Positions 20,906 through 30,911 of a stretch of 64,000 nt of DNA are shown in pieces; position 1 is the first letter of the stretch; every line of letters begins with the position of its first letter. The DNA is from an uncultured Nitrososphaerota archaeon (GTDB lineage Archaea > Thermoproteota > Nitrososphaeria > Conexivisphaerales > DTJL01). The translations under genes and the position numbers were made by a program. The stretch is from NCBI GenBank assembly GCA_963842885.1, contig CAWJIE010000005.1, forward strand, positions 64,001-128,000, read 5' to 3'. The notes below the pieces were generated by a model. The model worked only from the letters and a program-made list of their open reading frames with translations, had not been told where the DNA came from and ran no database searches.

Positions 20906-22045
20906 ATGAATCCCAGCAAGGGGGAAGTGATCAAAGAGTTCGAGAAGTGCACCGACTGTTTCGCTTGCCTCAGGCACTGCCCCTCCTACCAGGGGTTCGA
21001 GAAGGGGTTCCTCAAGGGGCTGTCGAAGTCCCTCAAGGAGGGCACGGTGGACGTGGACGACGCCATCGTGGCCTACAGGTGTACGTTCTGCGGCTTCTGT
21101 GAAACGCAGTGCCCCTACGAAGTCAGCGTCAAGGACCTGATGCTGGCCGTGCGCGAGTCATACGTCGCCAGCGGGCAGGGGCCTCTGGCCGCACACACAC
21201 CACTGTACGTGAACAGGAAGGTGAACTTCTTCAGCCTCCTCGACGGCTCGGCTCATGTGAAAATCGAGCATCCCGAGCACGCCGACAGGGTGTTCTTCCC
21301 TGGGTGCTCCCTGAGGGGATATAGGCCGGAACTGATGGAGAAGGTAGGCCATCTCCTGGGAGACCCATATATCATGAAATACGAGTGCTGCGGGAAGCCC
21401 CTCAAGATAATCGGGGCGAGGAAGGAGTACGAGGAGCACCACAAGTCCGTGGTGAAACTCCTCGAGCGGCTCCAGCCCAGCGAGATCATCACCGCCTGCC
21501 CCAATTGCTATAACAACTTCAAGCCCGACATCGGGTTTGCCAAAGTGACCTTCGCGGCCGAGGCGCTTCTCGACACGTTGACACCTTCCAAACCTGATAG
21601 CCGAACGGACCTGGGAACAGTGGCCATTCACGACTCCTGCCCCTACAGGCAGAACCCGGAGCTCTTCGACATCTCCAGGAAGTTCGTGGATACATTCTAC
21701 GGGGGGAAGCGGGTCGAGATGAAATACTCCCGGGACTCGCTCCTGTGCTGCGGGGCGGGAGGGGCGGTGAGCTATGCCAACGAAGGCCTCGCCAAGGATG
21801 GAGCGAGGGTGAGGACAGCGGACGCCAAGGAGCATGGCGCGGACACCATCGTCACCTTCTGCAACTCGTGCGGCGTCCAGCTCGGCGCCGTCACCAGGGA
21901 ATCAGGAGTCAGGGTCGTTCATGCCTTTGACCTTCTCGAACAGGGGAGTTTGCCCGACTACGAATCCATCTACAGGCGCAGCAAGTCGCAGTTCAGTGGC
22001 CTCTGCCTAGTGGAGAACCTCGTGAGGTTGTCCATCCAGGTATGA
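20906..22045 (+). CDS. (Fe-S)-binding protein with two 4Fe-4S motifs and two CCG domains
   Basis: CTDCFACLRHCP, CTFCGFCETQCP, FPGC, CCG, ACPNC, HDSC, CCGAGG, FCNSC. Confidence 0.9.
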   Translation: MNPSKGEVIKEFEKCTDCFACLRHCPSYQGFEKGFLKGLSKSLKEGTVDVDDAIVAYRCTFCGFCETQCPYEVSVKDLMLAVRESYVASGQGPLAAHTPLYVNRKVNFFSLLDGSAHVKIEHPEHADRVFFPGCSLRGYRPELMEKVGHLLGDPYIMKYECCGKPLKIIGARKEYEEHHKSVVKLLERLQPSEIITACPNCYNNFKPDIGFAKVTFAAEALLDTLTPSKPDSRTDLGTVAIHDSCPYRQNPELFDISRKFVDTFYGGKRVEMKYSRDSLLCCGAGGAVSYANEGLAKDGARVRTADAKEHGADTIVTFCNSCGVQLGAVTRESGVRVVHAFDLLEQGSLPDYESIYRRSKSQFSGLCLVENLVRLSIQV

Positions 22046-23394
22046 TCGAAAACCCCGTGCTGAGACCGCACGCACAGGGCAGGACCGAAACCAACAGTGT
22101 TTGCCCCGTCTGCCTGAAGCCGGTATCGGCGACGCTGACCGAGGAGGGCGCCAGGATCTACATGGAGAAGGCCTGCGACGAACACGGGTCCTTCCGGGCT
22201 CTGGTCTGGAGCGACAGCGGGATGTACTCGTCTTACGAAGAGATGTTCCACTTTGACCAAGCGGGAGAGATGAAGGATGCGTGTCCTTTCGAATGCGGCC
22301 TATGTGAGTCGCATGAGCAGGGGACATGCGTGGCCATCGTCGAAGTGACGAACAGGTGCAACCTAAGATGCAAGGTGTGCTTCGCCGCCTCGAATGAAGG
22401 CAGGAGAACGGAGCCTTCGCTGGAATCCCTGGCCGAAGCATTCAAGACCATCATCGAGAACGGCGGGGCGACTCGCCCTGTCCAGCTGTCAGGAGGGGAG
22501 CCGACGACCCGGAGAGACCTCACGGAGATCGTCCGCATGGGCAGGGACATGGGCCTGCGTCACATTGAGATCGACACGAACGGAGTGGCCCTGGGCAACA
22601 ACCCATTGGTGGCCGATAGGCTGGCTGAGGCCGGCGTCAGCGCCATATACCTGCAGTTCGACGGCCTCGACGACAGCGTGTACAGGACGCTGAGAGGCGT
22701 CAACCTCCTCGACGTCAAGATGAAGGCCCTCGAGAATTGCAGGAGGAGCCATCTGGCCGTCGTGCTGGTGCCGGCGGTGGTCAAGGGAGTCAACGATGGC
22801 CAGATCGGCGACCTCATAAGGCTGGCCGCCTCAAGGGAGGAAATCAAGGGAATCAACTTCCAGCCAGCGACATTTCTTGGCAGGTTTCCCAGCGACCTGA
22901 AGAACTCCGAGGACAGGACCACCATCCCCGACGTCGTCCGAGCCATCGAGGCCCAGACAGGAGGTGAGGTGGCAGCCAGGGACTTCTTTCCCATACCATC
23001 GCTACACTATTCCTGCTCGGCCGTGACCCTCGCCCTGGCAGGGGAGGAGGGGCTCATGCCCCTTTCAAGGGTCATCGACGCCGTGGACGTCGTGAACCGC
23101 CTCGAGAATCCGTGCTGCACGGTCACCAAGGCCATCCCCAAGCTCTGGGACGTCTCAAATGAAAGGGAGACGTTCGACAGGCTCCGGAGCTATCTTGCGG
23201 GCTTGGGCCTGGAGATCGAAGGCGCTGAATCGAAGAAGATACTCTCAATCTCCATGATGGCCTTTCAAGACAGCTGGACGCTCGACGTCGAAAGGATGAG
23301 GAGGTGCCGCGTCCACGTTGTGAGGCCCGGGGGACAACTGGTCCCCTTCTGCGCGTATTACCTTGCCGATGCCAACGGCAGACGGATCTACTAG
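22042..23394 (+). CDS. radical SAM protein of the MJ0619/Tes/TrsS superfamily (TrsS-like)
   Basis: SVCPVC..K.C.EHG, CPFECGLC..H..TC, CNLRCKVC, SGGEPT, YLQFDG, AFQD.WTLD.ER..C.VH, PFCAY. Confidence 0.88.
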   Translation: MIENPVLRPHAQGRTETNSVCPVCLKPVSATLTEEGARIYMEKACDEHGSFRALVWSDSGMYSSYEEMFHFDQAGEMKDACPFECGLCESHEQGTCVAIVEVTNRCNLRCKVCFAASNEGRRTEPSLESLAEAFKTIIENGGATRPVQLSGGEPTTRRDLTEIVRMGRDMGLRHIEIDTNGVALGNNPLVADRLAEAGVSAIYLQFDGLDDSVYRTLRGVNLLDVKMKALENCRRSHLAVVLVPAVVKGVNDGQIGDLIRLAASREEIKGINFQPATFLGRFPSDLKNSEDRTTIPDVVRAIEAQTGGEVAARDFFPIPSLHYSCSAVTLALAGEEGLMPLSRVIDAVDVVNRLENPCCTVTKAIPKLWDVSNERETFDRLRSYLAGLGLEIEGAESKKILSISMMAFQDSWTLDVERMRRCRVHVVRPGGQLVPFCAYYLADANGRRIY

Positions 23395-23409
23395 GCGGCG
23401 GACGTTGCA

Positions 23410-24150
23410 TTGTCTTCTTCCAATGAGCCTTCGGCTGCTTTAGACAAGGCCGCCGTGAAAGAAGGATACGACACACTGATGAGCCAGGTTTACGACTTCA
23501 TCACATGTTGGTTCCTGGGACCCTTGATAGCCAGGTCCCACACGACCCTGCTGAGGGCTCTGGGGGCGCCGGAGCAGTCTAGGTTGCTCGATGTGGGCTG
23601 CGGCACTGGCACGCTTCTGCGGATGGCTGGTGAAGGTCATCCCGAGTTGGCGGTGGGGCTGGACCTCTCCATCGGGATGCTCACTAGGGCGAAGCGAAAG
23701 CTTGACCGGGCTGGCTTGGAGGTGGTAAGCGGATTCGTGCTGGGCGACGCTGAAGCGATGCCTTTCAGAGATTCGAGCTTCGAGGTCTGCACGTGCACGG
23801 GGACCTTGAGGTTCCTCCCTGACCCGGCCTTGGCTCTTCATGAGACTTGCCGGGTTCTCGAAGCAGGCGGCCTCCTAGGGTTAAGGGAGATGGCGGGCGG
23901 CGATGAACCGAGGAGGATCCGGCACATCCCTCTTCCTTTCAAGAGAAGTTTCGTCGTGTGGAGGCTGCTCCCCGACCGATGGGTGGAGATACTCCTCAGG
24001 GCAGCGGGCTTCGAAGGAGTGAGGTCGTATCAAGGAGGGAGCGTCCCACAGTTCATCATAGCGATGGGGCCGCCGCTCAGGAAGTACGTCTTCTTCTTCG
24101 GAATCAAGGCCGCACTCCAACCGAGTTACGCTGGGGTACATACCTACTGA
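23410..24150 (+). CDS. class I SAM-dependent methyltransferase
   Basis: LLDVGCGTG, GLDLS..ML, GDAEAMPF. Confidence 0.88.
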   Translation: MSSSNEPSAALDKAAVKEGYDTLMSQVYDFITCWFLGPLIARSHTTLLRALGAPEQSRLLDVGCGTGTLLRMAGEGHPELAVGLDLSIGMLTRAKRKLDRAGLEVVSGFVLGDAEAMPFRDSSFEVCTCTGTLRFLPDPALALHETCRVLEAGGLLGLREMAGGDEPRRIRHIPLPFKRSFVVWRLLPDRWVEILLRAAGFEGVRSYQGGSVPQFIIAMGPPLRKYVFFFGIKAALQPSYAGVHTY

Positions 24151-24421
24151 CATCGTCACCATGCAGGCGTTCAATGGAGGGCAAAGCCTGCCTGCGGAAG
24201 TCAACGCCGACTCTAACCCCTCTGGTTACCGCCAACGATCAAGTCCAACGAGTCAATCTCCTCCTCGCCTAGCTGGTATCTCCCGAGCATTGTGCGGGAC
24301 TCCTGTGTGACACCAATAGGAGGTTGACTTCCCCCACCGGCTCTGGCCGGCTACAGGTCCGGCCTCTGAGTCATGGCGCTGGGATGGAACCTCGTTATCC
24401 TAGCGGTAGTCATATGAACCA

Positions 24422-25153
24422 GTGCGGCTAGGAGGAAACGGGTCGAAAGAGGATTTGCCCGAGCGGGCGGAGAATGAAATCAAGATAGCCGTCAGGAAGA
24501 GATATGCGGCTGCCAGCCAGGGGACGGCCTGCTGCTGCGGGGACGCTACAACGGGAGGGTCGCAGGGGTCGGGCGTCGTGTCCCTCGGCTGCGGGTCTCC
24601 CGTCAAGTTCGCTGACCTAAAGCCAGGCATGACGGTCCTGGACCTGGGAAGCGGAGGGGGCGTAGACGTCTTCGCAGCGTCTAGGAGGATGTTCGGGGAG
24701 GGGAGGGTTCTGGGCGTCGATTCAACTCCGGAGATGGTGCTTCTGGCGAAGGAGACGGCTTCGAAGCGCGGCATGACGAATGTGGAGTTCCGCCTCGGTG
24801 AGATTGAGAACCTTCCCGTCGAAAGCGAGACCGTGGACGTCATCCTAAGCAACTGCGTCATCAATCTAGTCCCCGACAAGAAGAGGGCTTTCGAGGAGGC
24901 GTATCGCGTGCTTAAACATGGTGGTTCATTGACGATTTCGGACATAGTGGCCGAGAAGCCCCTCCCCGCCCTTGTAAGGGGAGATTTGGAGAAGTGGTGT
25001 GAGTGCGAAGCGGGATGTCTCACGAAGGAGGAGCTCCGCGCCTTCCTCCATGGGGCAGGCTTCGTGGACTTCAAGACCCTTGACGAAAGCCTATGGTCTG
25101 AGGCAGGCGATGTGAAGCTGGCTTCACTCACGTTCTATGCCAAGAAGCAGTAG
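24422..25153 (+). CDS. arsM: arsenite methyltransferase-like protein
   Basis: CCC N-terminus, SLGCGSP, VLDLGSGGG.D, GEIENLP, SNCVINLVPDK, W.EC.AG. Confidence 0.82.
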   Translation: MRLGGNGSKEDLPERAENEIKIAVRKRYAAASQGTACCCGDATTGGSQGSGVVSLGCGSPVKFADLKPGMTVLDLGSGGGVDVFAASRRMFGEGRVLGVDSTPEMVLLAKETASKRGMTNVEFRLGEIENLPVESETVDVILSNCVINLVPDKKRAFEEAYRVLKHGGSLTISDIVAEKPLPALVRGDLEKWCECEAGCLTKEELRAFLHGAGFVDFKTLDESLWSEAGDVKLASLTFYAKKQ

Positions 25154-25372
25154 CGAGGCTGAAATGCCCACTTGTAGATCATCGAGGCATCTGCGAGGAG
25201 GCTTCTTCCGGGTTGCGTTTGACCGAGGCCGAGTTCAGTTGCCCGCGGACATTTACACAGGAAACTGGTCGTTCATCCAACGCTTGTGCTGGGCTGCTAT
25301 GCGGGGTGCATCTAGGCATGAAGGTGGCATACCCCTAGCTGCGGGTTCGGGATATCATCTCAGACTTGGACG

Positions 25373-25400
25373 CATGATCTTGGATATCTGTTGATGCTGA
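25373..25400 (+). repeat. short copy of the dispersed repeat core
   Basis: catgatcttggatatctgttgatgctg resembles catgattttggatatctattgctgctg at 28728. Confidence 0.65.
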
Positions 25401-25458
25401 TATTGCTCTCCACTCACATCCAGCTGCTCTGTCGATGGCTTTGACGGTCTGATTTCAT

Positions 25459-26601
25459 CTAGTATGTTGCCGCGGGATTGTAAGGTGCGTATTCCGCGAT
25501 CCAGATATGCCAAAAGCCGGAGGAGTTAGAGCTCAAGGCCAGGAACGTCCCGTTGGTGGGGTCCCAACTGGGCTGCGTCGATTGTGCCTCCGGCGGACCC
25601 ATCCGCATTATAGTGTTGTTGCTCACGCTCCAGACGTAAACCCCCAGACCGGAAGACGAACCGTTGAGCACGCACGCCACGAGGCCGCCAACGGGGCTCC
25701 AACGTAGCGGGTCCGCGGAGATGACCTCCCCCGGACGCTCCTTGGTAGTATGACCGATGAGCAAGTAAAGGTACGACGCATGGTAACTACTCAGGCCTTC
25801 GGTCCAGACGTTAAACTCGGTTATGTTCAGCCGGTTGACCCAGACGTTAACGCCTCCAGGAGGAGGTTGCTGCGGCACCAACCCCGTCCAGTTTGAATAG
25901 TAGGCTATCATGGTGCCGTCTGAGCTTATCGCTCCCGCCCAGTAGTTGGCTCCGCCTTCGCTCAGGATCCCTGTCTCGCCCGAAGTCAGGTTCGTCCACT
26001 TGATCATGTAGAGCCCGCCCTCTGTATCAGTGTAGACCACCCGGTCGTTCCCGGCCCAGATGGGATTGAAGTCGGGGCTGTTCACCGCCGCCACAACGCG
26101 CTCCGAGTGTGTGCTCATGTCCACGCACATGAGCTGCAATGTCGGCGCCTCCACGTAGAAGAGGAGGTGCGAACCGTCCGGGCTCCACCCGGGGGTCATG
26201 TTGACGGCGCTATCGACGCCGCTCACGGTGATAGTGGAGAGGCTCGAAAGGGTGACCACCCTAATCGAAGCGTTGTTTCCCTCCAGGCTCCAGTAGGCGA
26301 TGCGCGACGAGTCGGGGCTCCAAGAGGGATTCATCGCCACCATGCCCGACGGGGTGAGCTGCTTCTCCCCCGTGCCCTGGGGGGTGATGACGTAGATCCC
26401 CCATCCTCCGTTGCGGTCAGAGGAGAACGCTATCCGCGTCCCGTCCGGGCTCCAGGCGGGGGACGTGTCGTTCCATGAGCCGGACGTAAGGACCCCGTAG
26501 TTCAACGGCCTAGTGTTCTTGAACCCAGGAGATGGTAGGCTCACCGTCACCAGAACGGGGACAACGCAAAGGCAGAGCGCCAGAGTGACCGCCCCTGCCA
26601 T
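25459..26601 (-). CDS. TolB-like (PD40) beta-propeller membrane-anchored protein, copy 1
   Basis: N-terminal TM; repeated P.WSPDG; AFSSDRNGGW. Confidence 0.85.
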   Translation of the reverse strand: MAGAVTLALCLCVVPVLVTVSLPSPGFKNTRPLNYGVLTSGSWNDTSPAWSPDGTRIAFSSDRNGGWGIYVITPQGTGEKQLTPSGMVAMNPSWSPDSSRIAYWSLEGNNASIRVVTLSSLSTITVSGVDSAVNMTPGWSPDGSHLLFYVEAPTLQLMCVDMSTHSERVVAAVNSPDFNPIWAGNDRVVYTDTEGGLYMIKWTNLTSGETGILSEGGANYWAGAISSDGTMIAYYSNWTGLVPQQPPPGGVNVWVNRLNITEFNVWTEGLSSYHASYLYLLIGHTTKERPGEVISADPLRWSPVGGLVACVLNGSSSGLGVYVWSVSNNTIMRMGPPEAQSTQPSWDPTNGTFLALSSNSSGFWHIWIAEYAPYNPAATY

Positions 26602-26901
26602 CGTTGCACGGGAGGACCGCACGGGACCGTTAATGGTATTCACATACTTAAATCTGTATATACGCGTATGCACAAACCAATATCAGCATACGCCGGAAAC
26701 CTCAGAGGTCGCCCGGTCCACCTCGGGCTTGCAGCCGGGCTGCTGATAGGGTGGCAGAGGTTGCGCTCCCCGGGACCATACGCCAGCGCAGACCGTTCCC
26801 TTCTGATTTCAACCACATAGGCAGCATTCCTTTCCTAGGACAGCGGCATCCCAAATTCCGGGGGGATGAGGCCGGCCGCCACTCATCCACGTGGACTGGA
26901 G

Positions 26902-28261
26902 TCACAGATGAAAGATTTGTCTCCAGCTCGAGGCGAAAATGCCTGCGAGGGCCGCCATGACGCCGACTATAATCAGGGCTATCCCGTCTTCGATGTACGG
27001 AAAGAACGTCTGACCATTGGTCATCAGGTTAAATACGAAGAAGATGTTCGCGGTCGTGCACACGACATAGCCGACGGTCAGCGACAGGCCAGCCAACGCG
27101 CCAATCTTGCCTCTCACCCCGAACATCACGGCCACAAGCATGAAGAGTAAGACCGCGGTCAGAGTCACGAGGGCATGTTCAATTCCCACCTGGAAGGTAT
27201 CGAGGTAGTAGATCGCGAAGGATTGGTTCGTGAAGCCTTTGAGGTGCGCAAACACGTAGACTGCGGGAAGCGTAACGGCGAAGTCTCCCCAGTAGAGTAG
27301 GAAGAGCAATCCGAAAGCGAGGGACTCCTTCATAGCGCCGATCGGTCCCCTTATGTGGAGCCTCTTAACCTCCTCCGCCATCACCGCACACATCACGAAC
27401 AGGGACGCCTGCATCGGGATGCCAGAGACGATAAAGAACTCGCCAGTGATTGTTGTGATGGTGGGCATCGCAGCGAGCGCGAAAAGTGCCACGGCCGGTG
27501 TGCCAATGAGCACCCCGTAAAGACCTATCTTCACAAGGAGGCCAGGCGCCCCAAGATACTGGTCGGCTCTGAACCACTTCACTATGAGTAAGACGATGGC
27601 TGCGTCGATGAATGCCATGATGAGCCCCTCATGCACAGCTTCCAATGAGGGGAGCGCGCCTAACAGCGCCGGGTGGAACCACAGGCTGTCCCCCAACGCC
27701 GCGTAGGAGCCTGCCGCCACGGAGGCCAGGGCCGCAGCGACCACAACCCACATCGCCAGCTGAGTCAGGTCAAACCCCAGTAATCGCATCGAAGCCGAGG
27801 AGGCCCTGCGGGGCCAGAGAGACAAGAAGAGGGCCGCAGCGGCGCCTGCCGCCAGTCCCATTCCAATGACCATGACGGCATATGCCAAGATGCTGTCGCT
27901 AATCAGAGGGATGAAAACCATCGCGCCCGATGACATCAAGCAGCCTGCTGTAATGGCGTGTTTGATGGCGTAACGCCTCCTTTTCGTTAATGTCGAAGAC
28001 ACTAACCGTGACAAGCACAAGCACTCCGGCCAAGGGCAATGCGAGGGAGTGGACGAAGAGGGGATTGAGGGAGACGATCCTGTACAGTAGGGACTGGGGA
28101 AGGCCGATGGCTTCGTACGCATTCCCCCCAGCGGGAGAGAAGATCATCCAGAGGAAAACGAGCAGGACTTCCCAGACGACGAGCGTGAAGACCTCCAGCG
28201 AAGAGGCGAACCTGAAGGGCCTTTCTTCGTAAGATGAATCAGACCCGCCAGAAGCAGTCAT
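26902..28261 (-). CDS. polytopic membrane protein with conserved His motifs, copy 1 (frameshift near 27980)
   Basis: Joined ORFs align with 32952-34355 (HSLA.PLA, HE.L, KWF.A..Y.G.PGL, ESL.FG, G.EHALVTL). Confidence 0.8.
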
Positions 28262-28389
28262 AGGCCGACATATCAAGTGGTCGTATTATCTTATTTAAAT
28301 ATATAGTTCCCTGCTTTCCGGTCAAGGTGGTTCGAAGCGAGCCACTCGCCAATCAAGACCATGACGACTCGTCGAAGTTCGGGGGACGA

Positions 28390-28623
28390 TTAGCCAAGAA
28401 AACGGCTGCAATCGAGTGTGAAGCGAGGAACCAGAATGAGATAGAACTTGGGCGGTATGTCCATTCCACCAAATCCCAAGTAGTAGCAGCTCAGGGAGAC
28501 ATGCCTATGGAAAGATACGTTGTCATAAGGGACGACAGGAACGAATGCCGCCACCATCAACACCGCCACGGCTACGGTTGTTCCGGCGATGAGGGTTTTC
28601 CTTGACCTTTTCGACCCACTCAT
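28390..28623 (-). CDS. small secreted/membrane hypothetical protein
   Basis: Basic N-terminus plus hydrophobic stretch; ends of the ORF may be degraded. Confidence 0.4.
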   Translation of the reverse strand: MSGSKRSRKTLIAGTTVAVAVLMVAAFVPVVPYDNVSFHRHVSLSCYYLGFGGMDIPPKFYLILVPRFTLDCSRFLG

Positions 28624-28727
28624 ATGTTTGAAACAGCGCTTTCTTCCGTTTGCGCCTTGTAAGTAGCCACGGCTTTCCAGTCCTGTGCGGCTCTGAGGCT
28701 TGAAGGTGAGGGGGCCGCTGTTCTCGT

Positions 28728-28896
28728 CATGATTTTGGATATCTATTGCTGCTGGAAAGAATTACGATACCCTCGGTCAGACCGACGACAATGGCTCTCA
28801 TCTAATGCCTTTGTCTCTATAACGCGTGGGCAAAAGCCCCTTGTGGCTCTGAAGTCTGGAGGCGAAGGTACTCATACCCAATTAGGTTCAAGCCCC
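28728..28896 (+). repeat. ~170-nt non-coding repeat, full copy A
   Basis: Colinear with 34421-34594 (shared blocks ttggatatc, ttgctgctg, gaccgacga, taatgcct, ttgtctc, agccccttg.ggctct, tggaggcga, tcatacc, ggttcaagcccc). Confidence 0.85.
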
Positions 28897-29096
28897 TTCT
28901 CTTTGAGCTTAAGACATAATATCTGATTCAGCACTCGACCCGGTTCCATGATTGAACGCATTCCCTTGAATACCGTTCCACAAGCGATCTGTAGGCTTAA
29001 CGCGTGCGAAGTTGCAGGCGTGCCTATTGCTTTTTGGGTTCTAGTCCCTACCAGAGTCGGAGCCGACCCTACGGAATCGAAGGCACAAGTGTAGCT

Positions 29097-29561
29097 CTAG
29101 ACAGACAGCTGCTTTGAGAGCGCCAAGACGAGCGACTGAATTTCGCCCGCGATCCTTCTGACTTCAGTTAGGTCCTTTCCCTTCGGGTCGTCTAAGTTCC
29201 AATCTATCAGCTTCTTCTGCATCTTTGCGAGAATCGGTCTTGGACAGACCTTCTCGACGGAACAACCCATGGTCACGACCAGGTCTGCCTTTTCGATCAT
29301 GGCCTTAGTCAGCAGTTTGGGGACAGCGCCGGCCAGGTCCAACCCTTTCTCATGCATTACTTCTGCAACAACAGGGTCCACCTTCGATGCGGGCAGCGTA
29401 CCCGCACTGGCAGCGATGAACCCATTCTGCCTGGCTAGAACTTCAGCCATTTGACTCCTTCCAGCGTTCTCGACGCAGACAAAGAGCAACTTGGGAAGTT
29501 CCCTTTGCGATCGTGATTTCGATTCTCCTTTCCCCTTGTGGATTTCTTCGTCCAGAGCCAT
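29097..29561 (-). CDS. arsC: arsenate reductase (LMW-PTP fold)
   Basis: LFVCVENAGRSQMAE, SAGT, TMGC...CP, W.LDDP. Confidence 0.88.
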   Translation of the reverse strand: MALDEEIHKGKGESKSRSQRELPKLLFVCVENAGRSQMAEVLARQNGFIAASAGTLPASKVDPVVAEVMHEKGLDLAGAVPKLLTKAMIEKADLVVTMGCSVEKVCPRPILAKMQKKLIDWNLDDPKGKDLTEVRRIAGEIQSLVLALSKQLSV

Positions 29562-29578
29562 GTTGATCTGCGAATACT

Positions 29579-29597
29579 CATATCAAAGTATTTAAAT
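29579..29597. promoter_or_regulatory. putative ArsR operator/TATA between arsC and acr3
   Basis: CATATCAAAGTATTTAAAT is 17/19 identical to the reverse complement of 32681-32699 upstream of arsR. Confidence 0.6.
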
Positions 29598-29627
29598 ATG
29601 TTTTCATGATTGTTTCGCTGATGGTCC

Positions 29628-30734
29628 TTGAGCGAACCAGTACTCCAAGATGCTCCGAAGCGCCTGTCGTTCCTAACAAGGTTCCTGACCGTCTGGATTT
29701 TTCTGGCGATGGGTGCGGGGATCGGTCTTGGCGCCCTATTCCCAGGTTTCGCCACATTCCTCAAGGGCTTGAGCGTGGGCACAACCTCGATACCTATAGC
29801 TATAGGCCTTCTCTGGATGATGTACCCCCCATTGGCGGGGGTCCGCTACGAAGAGCTTTCGAAACTCAGGAACATGAAGAAGATGTTCTCTGCATCACTC
29901 ATCTTGAACTGGGCGGTGGGCCCTGTCTTGATGTTCGCTCTGGCCTGGGTGTTCCTTCCAGATCTTCCCGAATACAGGATAGGTCTGATCCTGATAGGCC
30001 TCGCACGCTGCATCGCCATGGTCATCGTATGGAACCGATTAGCCGGAGGGGATAATGAGTATGCCGCAATCTTGGTAGCCCTGAACTCCATCTTCCAGGT
30101 AGTCTTCTACTCTGTCTACGCCTACGCCTTCGTGACCGTCCTCTCAACCTGGATCACCCCAGGAGGGGGGGCCATAGTCAACGTCTCCATCATTGAAGTA
30201 GCTGAGACTGTCCTGATTTTCCTCGGGATGCCATTCTTCGGAGGAGTCCTCACGCGACTAATCTTGCTGCCGCGGAAAGGAGCAGACTGGTACAACCATA
30301 GGTTCCTAAGGTACCTAAACCCTGTTTCGTTAATCGGGCTCCTATTCACCATTGTGGTCATGTTTTCGCTGAAGGGCGAATACATCCTCGCTTTGCCCTT
30401 GGACGTCCTCCGAGTTGCCATCCCGCTCGCAGCCTACTTCGTCATCATGTTCACCCTCTCCTTCGCCCTGTCGAAGGCGTTGCATTTCGACTATCCATCT
30501 TCGGCCACGATGTCCTTCACGGCGGCGAGCAACAACTTCGAGCTGGCCATAGCGGTGGCTGTCGGCGTTTTCGGCATAAACTCGGGCGTGGCCTTCGCCA
30601 CGGTCATAGGTCCCCTTATCGAAGTGCCTGTCATGATAGGCTTGGTGAACGTATCACTCTGGGCTAAGAAGAAGTGGTATCGCTCGGAAAGCCTTACTAG
30701 AGAGACTGTCGTGGCGAAGGAACCAGTTGCCTAG
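29628..30734 (+). CDS. acr3: ACR3 family arsenite efflux transporter
   Basis: [42 protein letters not shown]. Confidence 0.95.
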   Translation: MSEPVLQDAPKRLSFLTRFLTVWIFLAMGAGIGLGALFPGFATFLKGLSVGTTSIPIAIGLLWMMYPPLAGVRYEELSKLRNMKKMFSASLILNWAVGPVLMFALAWVFLPDLPEYRIGLILIGLARCIAMVIVWNRLAGGDNEYAAILVALNSIFQVVFYSVYAYAFVTVLSTWITPGGGAIVNVSIIEVAETVLIFLGMPFFGGVLTRLILLPRKGADWYNHRFLRYLNPVSLIGLLFTIVVMFSLKGEYILALPLDVLRVAIPLAAYFVIMFTLSFALSKALHFDYPSSATMSFTAASNNFELAIAVAVGVFGINSGVAFATVIGPLIEVPVMIGLVNVSLWAKKKWYRSESLTRETVVAKEPVA

Positions 30735-30911
30735 ACGACATAGGACAGGGTTCCTATCAGAACCAGAACAAGGGTCCCCGAGAATTCGGCGAGCATCCTC
30801 CTTCGAAGGGACAGCTGCCTCTTCATCTGACTCCGCCCGGATTTCTCGACGCATGCGAAGAGGAAGTGGTCGTCCCTTCTCACATCAAAGACTCCCCTTT
30901 CCGCATCGCCA

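Noticed and set aside
22042-23394. Confident tes or arsS gene symbol
   Set aside because: Superfamily is clear, but the H..TC variant and gene context differ from core Tes and it does not look like ArsS; needs phylogeny.
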